Shown here: piece by piece, positions 25,754-35,981 of the stretch | Layout of the letters: each line of letters begins with the position of its first letter | Position numbering within the stretch: position 1 is the stretch's first letter | Assembly (NCBI GenBank): GCA_041661265.1 | Contig: JBAZUT010000008.1 | Coordinates: 1,134 to 65,133, forward strand | Origin: Minisyncoccota bacterium | Lineage (GTDB): Bacteria; Patescibacteriota; Minisyncoccia; JAHIHE01; JAGLIN01 | Length of the DNA stretch: 64,000 bases | Direction: 5' to 3' | Translations under genes and position numbers: made by a program | The notes under the pieces: generated by a model | Seen by the model: the letters and a program-made list of their open reading frames with translations, nothing else | What the model was told of the DNA's origin: nothing | The model's database searches: none

Positions 25754-28171
25754 TCATTGAACAGACGTTAGGATGTCTATAAATTTGAATGTATCGTCTT
25801 TTGTCGTTGCGATAACGAGAATGTTTTTGTGGATGAAATAGTCTATTGCAGAGTCCTTGTCCGGGAGGGAAACATATCTTATGCTGATATTCTTATAGCT
25901 TCCGGCCTGGAAATAGCTGTTTTGTATATCAGAGGTTCTGTCCGAGATGAACAGCGGATTCAATCCGTCTTTCATCTTTATCCTGTCTTTTTCCCAACTG
26001 TTCATTGTGGTTTGCATGGATTCCGGAGATTTCAATCTGATCGCTATTGCGAATCTCATTGTCAGCTTGGATGTTTTGGAAATTATTAAGCTATAGTCGT
26101 TTTCAGTCGCGCCCATGAAGTTCTGGGGCAAGGCTGGTACATTGAAACCGATCCCCCCAAGAGCGTTTTTCAGGTCGACGATATCCCCCTTATCATTTTT
26201 AATAATAAGCCTGAATAATTTTAAGTTCGGATCCGATGCGAATTTCTTGCCGGCCTCATCCCTGAGGGCAGTGGGGTTTTTCAGTTTCTCTGCGGTTATT
26301 TCAAGAGAATCCTTTATCTGGGAAAGTTCTTTGAGTTCGTTCCCTGTGATCACAGGCACTATAATATCGGGCGGTTTGACCTCGATCTTTGAAAGATAGC
26401 CATAGAGGGCCGCTCCTCCGATCACAATGACCAGAACGGCAAGGATCAGGATATTTCTCAGGAATGGAGAGGACCTGATGTGATATTTGCTCATTATCCT
26501 TTCTCTTAACCTCTTCTTCTCTTCCTTCTCGGAAATGACAATATTCTTCGCGACCGCTACCCTGCTTTCAAGGTCCTTAAGGTTTGCGTCCAGGTGGCGC
26601 TCTTCTATGTGTTTTCTGATCGAGCTGTAGTGTTCTTGTTTTCCGAAAACCAGCCTGCTTGTCGGAGAAACATACTGGGAGTCCAGATAGTTCCTGCGAG
26701 CTTTTGTAAGCTCATCTTCTTTTTTCAAGTCCGATTTCGAGCTGCTTTTTATGACTCCTGAGGTATTTTCAAATTCATTTATTTTTTCCGGTTTAATGAT
26801 GGATGACTGTTTTTCCTGAGGGAGATTCGAGAATTTTTCCTCTACGCTTTCTATTTTTGCGGCGGAAAGAGTTTTATCCTCGGAGATCTTTTTGAAATAA
26901 TCTTTGGCATCCGTTTTTTTTGCCGGGGTTGCCGCCGAGGTATTCTTTTCTTCAGTTTTCCGGTTTTCGGCAGGGACCTGCATGGCCTCCTTGTCGTTTT
27001 TGGCTGTTTGAACGGGCGCGGTTTCTGTCACGGGCTTGGCTTGCGAGATCTCTTTTTCCAAGCCGAACAAGCGTTCTCTTATTTTCTTCATTATGGGTTT
27101 TTCTTCTCCCGACCCCGTATTTTTTATAGGAACGGTTTTCTGTTCCGGAGAAGTTACCAGTGTTTCTTTGATCCCGAGAGACTTTAGAGAAGGTTTTTCG
27201 GCGGGTTTGATGAGCTTGTCCAGGTATGTTGTTGCGGCCGGTGCTGCTGTTTTTTTGGCTTGCATACTCGGGACAGCGGACGTCCTGGCGGGCGCTTGGG
27301 GTATCGCTTTCACTTCGGAATCGGTTATGACAGTGTCAGATCTTTTGTTCCTTGACATTTTTTCGAGAAGCTCTTTCAATTCATTCTCTTTTTTCGTAAT
27401 ACTTTCCAAAACTTCCTTTGTCTCTGTGATTTTTTCTTCCAAGGCGCGGCCATTTGCCTGCGGTGCGGGCTGTTCGGCTGGAATGGCCTTTTCCATAATG
27501 TTTTTTGCGCTTATCATCTTTTCCGGCGCGGTTTCCGGCTTTTTTTCTTCAGATGCCGGCGTTGGTCTTGAAACCGGCTTTATCAGTGTATTCAAGTCGG
27601 GTTTTTCAAACGGTGTTTTATCTGCAATCGGAGTTTTCAAAGGCTCTATGATCTTTTCCGGCTCCTGTTTGGGTATTACGGAAGGTTTCACGGCAGGCAG
27701 CGCTATCTTGGCGGCAATTGCCGGTTCTTTTTGCGGTTCTGTATCCGGCACTATCTCTTTTTCTTTGTCCTCAGACGCTGTCAGCGGTTTTTCGCGTTCG
27801 CCCTCTCTTTTCGATATCCTGTCGATAAGAGCTTTGAGCTCGGTTGCTTCTGAGGTTGAGGTTTTTATATCTGGAATGTATGATGGTGCAGCTGTTTTTT
27901 GGCTTGAGGGTGGAACAACTCCTGATTTGTTCTTTGAAAGCCTGTCAACGATATTGCGGAGTTCCTTGGTTTTCAGGTCATGGCCTTCGGAATCGTTTTT
28001 TGGCAATGGAAAACCGGCACTCGGTTTTTGGCCGGGCAGCACGCTCGAAGTTCCGGATGAAAGCGTTGCAGACTTCTGCTGCTTTTCGGGAATTTTCATG
28101 GATTGGGACACCTTGTTCTCTATTTCGAGAAGGTCGTCTTTCATTGTTTTTATTTTTGTACCGTTCGACAT
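25754..28171 (-). CDS. Large single-pass membrane protein: ~570-aa low-complexity K/E/P/S/T-rich N-terminal region, one TM helix, ~230-aa C-terminal extracytoplasmic domain
   Basis: ORF with TM helix ILILAVLVIVIGGAALYGYL. No recognisable catalytic motif. Confidence 0.45.
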   Translation of the reverse strand: MSNGTKIKTMKDDLLEIENKVSQSMKIPEKQQKSATLSSGTSSVLPGQKPSAGFPLPKNDSEGHDLKTKELRNIVDRLSKNKSGVVPPSSQKTAAPSYIPDIKTSTSEATELKALIDRISKREGEREKPLTASEDKEKEIVPDTEPQKEPAIAAKIALPAVKPSVIPKQEPEKIIEPLKTPIADKTPFEKPDLNTLIKPVSRPTPASEEKKPETAPEKMISAKNIMEKAIPAEQPAPQANGRALEEKITETKEVLESITKKENELKELLEKMSRNKRSDTVITDSEVKAIPQAPARTSAVPSMQAKKTAAPAATTYLDKLIKPAEKPSLKSLGIKETLVTSPEQKTVPIKNTGSGEEKPIMKKIRERLFGLEKEISQAKPVTETAPVQTAKNDKEAMQVPAENRKTEEKNTSAATPAKKTDAKDYFKKISEDKTLSAAKIESVEEKFSNLPQEKQSSIIKPEKINEFENTSGVIKSSSKSDLKKEDELTKARRNYLDSQYVSPTSRLVFGKQEHYSSIRKHIEERHLDANLKDLESRVAVAKNIVISEKEEKKRLRERIMSKYHIRSSPFLRNILILAVLVIVIGGAALYGYLSKIEVKPPDIIVPVITGNELKELSQIKDSLEITAEKLKNPTALRDEAGKKFASDPNLKLFRLIIKNDKGDIVDLKNALGGIGFNVPALPQNFMGATENDYSLIISKTSKLTMRFAIAIRLKSPESMQTTMNSWEKDRIKMKDGLNPLFISDRTSDIQNSYFQAGSYKNISIRYVSLPDKDSAIDYFIHKNILVIATTKDDTFKFIDILTSVQ

Positions 28172-28266
28172 GTATGTTTATTTTATCTCATCGATCAACT
28201 CATAAAACATGCGATAGTATGATCTACCGAATTCGCATGCTATATGACAGCAATCTTATAAATAAG

Positions 28267-30348
28267 CTATATGCCTTTGTGTGTAAGGTTTATCCTGCCC
28301 TGAGAATCGATCTCTTTCACTTTGACCGCAATGACATCGCCAATCTTTACGACATCTTCAACCCTGTTCACTCTGGTCGGGGCAAGTTCGGAAATATGCA
28401 CGAGGCCTTCTTGGCCGGGGAGTATCTCAACGAAAGCTCCGAAGTTCATTATTCTGGTGACCTTTCCCTGGAAAAGTTCTCCGGGAGCGACTTCGCGCAC
28501 TATATTTTTGATCCAGGCGGCGGCTTTTATTGCAGCTTCGGCATTTTTTGAGGTTATCATAACGAGTCCGTCATCTTCAATATCGATGGTCACTCCGGTG
28601 TCGGCAATTATTTCGTTTATAACTTTTCCGCCAGGCCCGATGACATCGCGGATCTTGTCAGTGTTGATCCTGAAGGAGGTTATTCTGGGAGCATAAACAG
28701 AGAGGTCTTTTCTGGATTCCGGTATGGCCTTTTTCATTATCTCCATTATCTTGAGCCTTGCGTCTTTAGCTTTTGCAAGGGTTTTTTCGATTATTTCAAC
28801 GGTTATTCCTTCGATCTTTACATCAAGTTGGATGGCGGTCACTCCATTTTCTGTTCCCGCTATCTTGAAATCCATGTCTCCATGATGATCTTCCGGTCCC
28901 TGAATATCGGTTAGTATGGTATAATCTTTTTCATCTTTCATGATGAGCCCCATGGCAATTCCGGCGGCGGCTCTTGGGATCGGTACGCCGGCATCCATGA
29001 GCGCGAGAGAGCTTCCGCAAACGCTTGCCATCGAGCTTGATCCGTTCGATGAAAGGGTTTCAGAAACGAGCCTGATCGTATATGGGAAACTTTCCTTGTC
29101 CGGTATCAGGGGTTCGATAGCTTTTTCAGCCAATGCTCCGTGTCCGATCTCGCGGCGTCCGGGTCCTCGCATCGGAGCGACTTCTCCCACTGAGAATGCC
29201 GGGAAAGAATAGTGATGCATGAATCTTTTTGTCCCTTCTTCTTCCATGCCGTCGAGGGTCTGTTCGTCTCCCGGAGCTCCGAGAGTGGCGATTGTGAGGG
29301 CCTGCGTCGCTCCCCTGTTGAAAAGTCCCGTTCCGTGAGTCCTTGGAAGTATTCCGACACTTGCGCTGATCGGCCTCAGTTCGTCCATTTTTCTTCCGTC
29401 AGGCCTCTTCTTTTCATCGAGTACATATTTCCGAAGCAGAGAGTCCATTTCTTCTTCAACAATGAGATCCGCTATTTTCATGATGTCTTCGCCGAATTTT
29501 TCTACGGCAAAAGTCTTAAGCTCTTCGTTAAGTTTCGTCTTGATCTCGGCTTGCTTGTCCTTATCTTTCTCGGTCATCAGCGCGTTGAGCTTTCCATGGA
29601 GGAATTTCTTGATCTCGTCTTCCGTTTTCTCATCGGCCTGAAGAACCTTGACCGCCTTTTTCTTTTTGCCTATTTTTGAAATTATTTCATTTTGAAAATC
29701 GATCACGTCCTTAATCGTGTCTTCGATGGCTTTCACCGCTTCGACGATATCGGATTCCGGAACTTCTTTTCCTTCCGCTTCGATCATATTCACCCTGCCG
29801 ATCTTTCCGGTCACTATTATGTTGTACTGGCTTTTCTTGCGCTGTTCGTAGCTGGGATTTATGACGATCTTTTCGTCAACCTTTGCTGCTCGAACCGCTC
29901 CGACCGGTCCGTCCCACGGTATGTCGGAAATTGCCAGAGCCGCAGAAGCTCCGATCACCGCCAAATAATCCGGATCGGTCTCCTGGTCGACAGAAAGAAC
30001 TGTGAGAACGACTTGGATGTCGTTCCTGGTTCTTCCATTGAAAAGCGGTCTGATGGTTCTGTCCACAATACGTCCGGAAAGTATCGCTTCGTCGGATGGG
30101 CGCCCTTCTCTTTTGATGAATCTGCTTCCTTTTATCTTTCCCGCAGCGTACAGTCTTTCTTCATAGTCGCACATGAGGGGGAAATAATTCATCCCCTCTC
30201 GGACGTGTCCGCTCATTGTCGCCGTTGCCAGGATTACAGTGTCGCCATACTGGATGGTTACCGATCCATTGGCTTGTCCGGCCAGCTTGCCGGCTTCGAT
30301 CGTCATAGTTCGTCCCGCGATCTCCCTTTTAAATGTCTTGATGTCCAT
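28267..30348 (-). CDS. pnp: Polyribonucleotide nucleotidyltransferase (PNPase)
   Basis: Two RNase PH domains plus KH and S1. C-terminal S1 segment is GELFQGKVTRIMNFGAFVEILPGQEGLVHISELA. Confidence 0.95.
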   Translation of the reverse strand: MDIKTFKREIAGRTMTIEAGKLAGQANGSVTIQYGDTVILATATMSGHVREGMNYFPLMCDYEERLYAAGKIKGSRFIKREGRPSDEAILSGRIVDRTIRPLFNGRTRNDIQVVLTVLSVDQETDPDYLAVIGASAALAISDIPWDGPVGAVRAAKVDEKIVINPSYEQRKKSQYNIIVTGKIGRVNMIEAEGKEVPESDIVEAVKAIEDTIKDVIDFQNEIISKIGKKKKAVKVLQADEKTEDEIKKFLHGKLNALMTEKDKDKQAEIKTKLNEELKTFAVEKFGEDIMKIADLIVEEEMDSLLRKYVLDEKKRPDGRKMDELRPISASVGILPRTHGTGLFNRGATQALTIATLGAPGDEQTLDGMEEEGTKRFMHHYSFPAFSVGEVAPMRGPGRREIGHGALAEKAIEPLIPDKESFPYTIRLVSETLSSNGSSSMASVCGSSLALMDAGVPIPRAAAGIAMGLIMKDEKDYTILTDIQGPEDHHGDMDFKIAGTENGVTAIQLDVKIEGITVEIIEKTLAKAKDARLKIMEIMKKAIPESRKDLSVYAPRITSFRINTDKIRDVIGPGGKVINEIIADTGVTIDIEDDGLVMITSKNAEAAIKAAAWIKNIVREVAPGELFQGKVTRIMNFGAFVEILPGQEGLVHISELAPTRVNRVEDVVKIGDVIAVKVKEIDSQGRINLTHKGI

Positions 30349-30745
30349 TTTTTTGTTCCCTTATGCCGCTTTGTTTTGCAAACTCTAGACTAATATCGTT
30401 TGTGCGATATTCCTCTAACTGTTTGCAAACCAGCGCGACTGATTAGTTGTTAATTGCTTTTTATGAAAAGTTATAAAAAGTTCAAAAGACGTTTATGCTC
30501 CGCTATTTTTGTCTTTAACTTCATATTCGACATTTTCAACGAATTTATCGTCTTGTTTCTTCTTCTTCATCGCATTTGCGATGATGTCGTATAAATATGA
30601 AACCAAAGCCAAAAAAGCAGCCTTTTTCAGCACTTTCATTTTTTCGGATGCTTTTGCTTTTAATTTTGAAAACATAAGACTTGAATTGTTATGTTGCTCT
30701 ATCATTGTATCGTCCCATTGTTTCTGGCAATACAACAATACGTGA

Positions 30746-31285
30746 TTACTTTATCAAAAATCTTCTTTTATCTTTGCTCAGGTCGATGAAATCGTCAGCA
30801 ACATTGATGAGCTTGCTGGAAGAGCTTTCCGAAAAAGCTATGATCTCAACGCGGCAGCCTTTGTTGACTTTGAGGTACTCAACCAATGGCTCATAGTCCC
30901 CGTCTCCGGAGACAATTACAACCACATCGAGCTTGTCTGCGAGTTTGATCGTGTCAACCGCAAGTCCGACATCCCAGTCGGCTTTTTTCGCCCCGCCGGC
31001 GAAGATCTGCAAGTCTTTCTCTTTTATTTCAAAACCGAGCTTTCCCATCGCCTCAAAAAATGTTTTTTCTTCCCCGGTTTCAGTTCTTATTACGTAGGTT
31101 ATGGCTCTTATCAGGTTTCTTCCCGCAACCGCCACCTGAAGCACTTCTTTGAAATTAACTCTCGCTTTATACAGATTCTTCGAGCTGTGATACATATTTT
31201 GAGCATCGACAAAAACACCGACCCTCTGATCTTTATGCTTTATGGTCGTATATTTTGAGAATTCCTCGCTAAGCTTTTTCTTCAT
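30746..31285 (-). CDS. NYN domain (LabA-like/PIN-like) protein
   Basis: VGVFVDAQN...DVGLAVD...VVIVSGDGDY are conserved acidic NYN motifs. Confidence 0.7.
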   Translation of the reverse strand: MKKKLSEEFSKYTTIKHKDQRVGVFVDAQNMYHSSKNLYKARVNFKEVLQVAVAGRNLIRAITYVIRTETGEEKTFFEAMGKLGFEIKEKDLQIFAGGAKKADWDVGLAVDTIKLADKLDVVVIVSGDGDYEPLVEYLKVNKGCRVEIIAFSESSSSKLINVADDFIDLSKDKRRFLIK

Positions 31286-31574
31286 CAGCGCTTTCGTTAG
31301 TTTGCTTAACTTCCTTCAGTTTCAGGGCTTTTGTCAGTTTCGCATATCTCGCCTCATCATTATTCTTGATGTCCTTGAGCAGTTTTTTTCTTTTCGAGAC
31401 CATTTGCAAAAGACCTCTTCTCGAATGATTATCTTTCTTGTTCTTTTTTAGGTGGTCCGTAAGCTCCTTGATCCTCTCCGTCAGGACGGCAACTTGGATA
31501 TCCGATGATCCGGTATCGCTTTTATGAATCGCAAACTTGGTGATTATTTTCTTTTTCTTCTCTTTTTTGATCAT
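31269..31574 (-). CDS. rpsO: 30S ribosomal protein S15
   Basis: TGSSDIQVAVLTERIKELTDHLKKNKKDNHSRRGLLQMVSKRKKLL. Confidence 0.85.
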   Translation of the reverse strand: MIKKEKKKKIITKFAIHKSDTGSSDIQVAVLTERIKELTDHLKKNKKDNHSRRGLLQMVSKRKKLLKDIKNNDEARYAKLTKALKLKEVKQTNESADEEKA

Positions 31575-31924
31575 TTTATAATCTGATTATTAATTAAACT
31601 CTAACTTGATTTATTCCATGCTCGTACAGCGGAATGGATGCGACAAGTCCTCGGGCCATTCTTTGTGTTTCAGCCGTATCAAACAAGACGGCACAAACAA
31701 TAAATAGACTCATGTCTTGCAATTAAAGTATAACATATTTTTTGAAGTTAGACAAATCCCGGAGTATGTCGTAAAATGTGACTAGAAATATGTTATTTAC
31801 CGCCATCTTAACAAAAATCAAACCAAAGCTATTGCTTTAGCCGCTTGATGCTATTTATGGATTCTTACTGATCGGCGTTGTTCCCGATCTTGCAGTGGCT
31901 TAATATTAATAATAAAATGCAAAA

Positions 31925-32860
31925 ATGTCAATAGATATCATAAGAAAGCTGAAAACCGAATTTCTTGAATATCTGGAAATTGAAAAGAACAGATCTCAGC
32001 TCACCATCAGGAACTATGATCACTATCTTGAGTATTTCTTGGATTGGGCCGAAGTGAAGCGCGCGGAGGAAATAAATGCTGATCTGGTGAGAAAATTCAG
32101 GCTTTTTTTGAATCGCAGGAAGGAAAATAACCAGAAGGAGCTGAAAAAGGTGACGCAGGATTATTATATAATAGCCATCAGAGGCTTTTTGAACTATCTT
32201 GCAAAGCGCGACATTAAGACGCTTCCGAGCGAAAAGATCGAACTTGGAAAAACACAAGACAGGGAGGTTGAGTTCCTTGAGCCTTTGGAGGTCGAGAAGC
32301 TTCTTTCCGTTGTTGCTGGCGAGGATCTTTCGAGTGCGCGGGACCGGGCCATACTGTCGCTTCTTTTCTCAACCGGGCTTCGAGTTTCCGAGCTTACTGG
32401 GCTGAATCGGGACAGTATGAATTTCGAAAGCGGAGAGTTTCCGGTCAGGGGAAAAGGCGGGAAGATCAGGCTGGTTTTCATCTCAGATAGCGCAAAAAAA
32501 ATAATCCGAGATTACCTGGAAAAGAGAAAGGACGTCGAGCCCGCTCTTTTTGTGAGGATCAGGGATAGAAAGTCCAAGGAGAAGGATAACGAAGCAAAAG
32601 GCGCGGGTTTGAGACTGACCCCGAGAAGCGTGCAGAGGATCGTCAGGAAATATGCCATAAGGGCGGGAATAGTGAAGAAAGTGACTCCGCATACTCTGAG
32701 GCACAGCTTTGCAACGGATCTTCTTTTCAACGGCGCGGATATCCGGAGCGTGCAGACCATGCTCGGACATTCAAGCATAACGACGACCCAGATATATACG
32801 CATATAACGAACAAGCAACTCAAGGATGTGTATAGAAAATATCACTCCAAAGGCGGATGA
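31925..32860 (+). CDS. xerC: Site-specific tyrosine recombinase, XerC/XerD family
   Basis: C-terminal catalytic region HTLRHSFATDLLFNGADIRSVQTMLGHSSITTTQIYTHI, of R...HxxR...Y type. Confidence 0.85.
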   Translation: MSIDIIRKLKTEFLEYLEIEKNRSQLTIRNYDHYLEYFLDWAEVKRAEEINADLVRKFRLFLNRRKENNQKELKKVTQDYYIIAIRGFLNYLAKRDIKTLPSEKIELGKTQDREVEFLEPLEVEKLLSVVAGEDLSSARDRAILSLLFSTGLRVSELTGLNRDSMNFESGEFPVRGKGGKIRLVFISDSAKKIIRDYLEKRKDVEPALFVRIRDRKSKEKDNEAKGAGLRLTPRSVQRIVRKYAIRAGIVKKVTPHTLRHSFATDLLFNGADIRSVQTMLGHSSITTTQIYTHITNKQLKDVYRKYHSKGG

Positions 32861-33041
32861 GCAGATCAGTCCAAAAGACTTGATTATTAACGAAAACTGG
32901 TGTATTGTTTTAAGGTGATAGAAATTTAAAATTTAAAAATAAAAGTGAAAAATGACAGTTTAAAATGTAAAAATATCAACATTTTTATTTTTTTTGCATT
33001 GTCATTTTGATCTTTGAATTTTGATCTTTGAATTTTCATAT

Positions 33042-33124
33042 GCAGGCGTGGCGGAATTGGCATACGCGCATGGCTTAGGACCATGTTCTTCGGAGTGTGG
33101 GTTCGACTCCCACCGCCTGCACCA
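33042..33124 (+). tRNA. tRNA-Leu (anticodon TAG), class II, CCA encoded
   Basis: Hand-folded: acceptor stem GCAGGCG/CGCCTGC, anticodon stem-loop CATGG-CTTAGGA-CCATG, T-arm GTGGG-TTCGACT-CCCAC, then ACCA. Confidence 0.85.
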
Positions 33125-33162
33125 ATCGTGAAGCATGAAACATAAAACATAAGGCATGGAGC

Positions 33163-34572
33163 ATGAAACAGGAGGCCTGGGGCCAAACAGAATCTCAGTT
33201 ACGTTTTAGCGAAGTCTCCAAGCATAAAATATACTCGTACAACATGAATTTACCCAATTATAAAAAATGCGAGGAATTTGCCGGCGTATTATTTATCATA
33301 TTTTCGGGATTGGTCATAACGGCGCTCTATAAGATCAGCAACTATATGACCTTTCCGAATCTTGATGAGCTTTTGTGGCAGACAAGATCAAGAGTATTTT
33401 GGGATAAGATCACAACATTCGATTTTTCGGGGCTCATACAATCGGCACAACCGGGGATAATGGTATATTGGTTCACGGGGTTCATGATGAAATTCGTAGA
33501 TTTCGATTTTTCATACATGAATTATCTTGTTGAAAAGGAGGAGGCTGCCGGCGGTAACTTCAATGACGTAATGAACACCAACGATCAAGCTGTATATGCA
33601 ATATATGAAAGAGTGAGCTTTCTCTTCAACTTTCCGCTGATCATGCTGATGGTTGTTTTTTTTATCCTTTTTTATTATCTTATAAGAAAAATCGGATTTA
33701 ACCGGGTCATCGCTTCTTTCTCATTGTTTTTTCTTGTTTCGAACATTTTCTTTATCTATTGGACGACTCCCAGCGACAAGATGCTGAATATTTTTATGAC
33801 TCTCAGCACGCTGACCTTTCTTGTCTATATGAGAAACAGGGCATCGAAAAAATATCTGGTTTATTCCGCAATATTCGGTTCCTGGGCGGTGCTTTCCAAG
33901 ATATCGGCGCTGTTCATTATTCCGTTCTTTTTTATGGTTTACGCGTATTATCTTTGTCCGATCGATAGAAAAAAGATCATTATTGTCTTTAAAGATGCGG
34001 CAGTCTGGGCAATTGTCTTTTGTCTGGTATCGATAATTTTTCTTCCGACAATAGTAACAAATCCTGTCGAGATCTATAATCTTATTTTTACAACCAGCGG
34101 GAATGTCTATGAAACGACCTATGGGGCCAAAAGTTTTGTATTCAAGCTGCCGGATTATCTCGGGCCGATGTTTATGATCCTCGGAAGCAGCATGTCTCCC
34201 GGCATAATCATATATCTGGTCGTTTTTGCATATCTTGCGTCGAAAAAAAAATACAGGAGCTTGTTCGATTATGGTCCCAGAAAGGAAGTTAATATTATCG
34301 GAGCATATATTATCCTTTTCATGATCGAGGTGGCGGTGCTTAGTATAAATCATGATATACGATTCATGTCCCCCGCTTTTGTCATGCTTAATATTATAGC
34401 GGGCGTGGCTTTTTATAACGTGATGGAGATCATCAGGAAAAAGCTGAATTTCGGCCTGATATATTATTATCAAATGGCAATGATCGTCATTATTCTGTCA
34501 CAGATCCTGACCATATTTTCAACCGGACTTATGATGCAAGAATTCATAAAAAAAATATTCAATAGGTCGTAA
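33163..34572 (+). CDS. GT-C fold membrane glycosyltransferase (PMT/ArnT-like; DE motif in first extracytoplasmic loop), paralog 1
   Basis: Polytopic protein with NLDELLWQTRSR...QPGIMVYWF. Paralogous to 34616..35938. True start may be downstream at MNLPNYKK. Confidence 0.5.
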   Translation: MKQEAWGQTESQLRFSEVSKHKIYSYNMNLPNYKKCEEFAGVLFIIFSGLVITALYKISNYMTFPNLDELLWQTRSRVFWDKITTFDFSGLIQSAQPGIMVYWFTGFMMKFVDFDFSYMNYLVEKEEAAGGNFNDVMNTNDQAVYAIYERVSFLFNFPLIMLMVVFFILFYYLIRKIGFNRVIASFSLFFLVSNIFFIYWTTPSDKMLNIFMTLSTLTFLVYMRNRASKKYLVYSAIFGSWAVLSKISALFIIPFFFMVYAYYLCPIDRKKIIIVFKDAAVWAIVFCLVSIIFLPTIVTNPVEIYNLIFTTSGNVYETTYGAKSFVFKLPDYLGPMFMILGSSMSPGIIIYLVVFAYLASKKKYRSLFDYGPRKEVNIIGAYIILFMIEVAVLSINHDIRFMSPAFVMLNIIAGVAFYNVMEIIRKKLNFGLIYYYQMAMIVIILSQILTIFSTGLMMQEFIKKIFNRS

Positions 34573-34615
34573 GGTCTGCGGACAATCATTGTTGGGACAC
34601 ATAAACTGATCTTAT

Positions 34616-35938
34616 ATGGCAAAATTATTTTCAAAAATAAACAAAGATGCCGCATGCCTTTTTTTTGTGGCGGCTGCGGGTTTTTTCTTTATGCTTTTTT
34701 TTAAAGAGAAACATTCCATCAGTTTTATGAACCTTGATGAATTCTTGTGGATGTACAGGTCCAGGTTTTTCATTGACAGGATCATGGGTCTGGATTTCGG
34801 TAATCTGATACAGTCTTCGCAGCCCGGGATAATGGTTATGTGGTTTGCCGGTCCATTTATGAAACTCATTGACTTTGATTTTACGAAGATCCAGCTGCTG
34901 ATCCAAAACCTGAACGAGGCCGGAGGATATAATGTCATCAATGATACCGGCAGGAACTATTATGTAGGATATGAATTTATAAGCTTCATGTTCAATATTC
35001 CGGTGATCCTTCTGATGCTGGTATTTTTTCCGGCGTCATATTCGCTTATGCGGAGGCTCGGGATCGGAAGAAGGGCGATATTTCTGTCGCTTCTCCTTAT
35101 TGCCACGACGCCCTATTATGTTTTTTTTACGACGCCCACCGATAAGCTTGTCGGAATATTTTCAACCTTAAGCATTCTTTCGTTTCTGGTGTTCCTTGCA
35201 AAAAAAGGCGGCAAAGGGTTCATCTATCTTTCCGGTTTTGTCGGTTCCTGGGCGGCGCTTACGAAGATGTCGGCTTTATTCCTTATTCCGTTCTTTCTGT
35301 TCGCGCTGCTGGTTTATGTGTTCAAGAAAAGCGATCTTGCGGACTTGAAAGTGTTTCAAAAAAAGGCGGGAGTTTGCGCGAAAGTTTTCTCGGGATGGCT
35401 TTTGGCGTTCATCGTCACGAGTATAATATTTCTTCCGACGATTATCACAGATCCGAGGCAGGTTGCCGGATTATTCATTAGGGAAAGTGATTCAAGATAC
35501 TTGATCCAGAATGCCGAGGCGCAAGATCCGGGAAGCCTTTCCCTGTTCGATTCGGTGAGGAACTATCTTGAGGACCCATTCCTCCCCTCTTTCAATTTTT
35601 TCGTTATCATGGCTTTTCTTGCGTTCCTATTCTTGATTATTCGGAGGATTGAGTATAAAATAAATGTACGAAAAGAGATCTTGCTGTTGTATATTTTTGT
35701 ATTCTCATTTCTGATCTTTTCGGCGACGTTCAGCAGAACATACTCTTTCAGATACATAATGCCGGCCCTGGTTGTTTTTCAGATAATTTCGGGATGGGCG
35801 GTTTATGAGTTTTTCGAGATATTCAGGCGAAAGAACAGTGTTTATTCCAGAAATGAGATCTTTGCCTGGGCGGTTGTTGTCATTCTCATTTCACAGGCGC
35901 TTCTTATCCACTATTCTGAAATTGCGCCGATAGAATGA
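34616..35938 (+). CDS. GT-C fold membrane glycosyltransferase, paralog 2
   Basis: NLDEFLWMYRSR...QPGIMVMWF. Polytopic. Confidence 0.5.
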   Translation: MAKLFSKINKDAACLFFVAAAGFFFMLFFKEKHSISFMNLDEFLWMYRSRFFIDRIMGLDFGNLIQSSQPGIMVMWFAGPFMKLIDFDFTKIQLLIQNLNEAGGYNVINDTGRNYYVGYEFISFMFNIPVILLMLVFFPASYSLMRRLGIGRRAIFLSLLLIATTPYYVFFTTPTDKLVGIFSTLSILSFLVFLAKKGGKGFIYLSGFVGSWAALTKMSALFLIPFFLFALLVYVFKKSDLADLKVFQKKAGVCAKVFSGWLLAFIVTSIIFLPTIITDPRQVAGLFIRESDSRYLIQNAEAQDPGSLSLFDSVRNYLEDPFLPSFNFFVIMAFLAFLFLIIRRIEYKINVRKEILLLYIFVFSFLIFSATFSRTYSFRYIMPALVVFQIISGWAVYEFFEIFRRKNSVYSRNEIFAWAVVVILISQALLIHYSEIAPIE

Positions 35939-35981
35939 TTTATTTTAGCAGATATACAAACCGGATAAATTAAGCAAACAT

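Noticed and set aside
27036-28551. Plus-strand ORFs (389 aa and 235 aa) antisense to the 805-aa membrane protein gene
   Set aside because: They are S/F/G-rich mirror images of the K/E-rich frame, which is typical antisense of low-complexity coding sequence. The minus-strand ORF has a coherent TM helix plus a folded C-terminal domain.
28322-30393. Several plus-strand ORFs antisense to pnp
   Set aside because: pnp is unambiguous. The overlapping ORFs have no motifs.
33721-34473. 250-aa minus-strand ORF inside GT-C paralog 1
   Set aside because: It is antisense to a polytopic membrane protein gene with a conserved paralog. It has H/R/K-rich composition.
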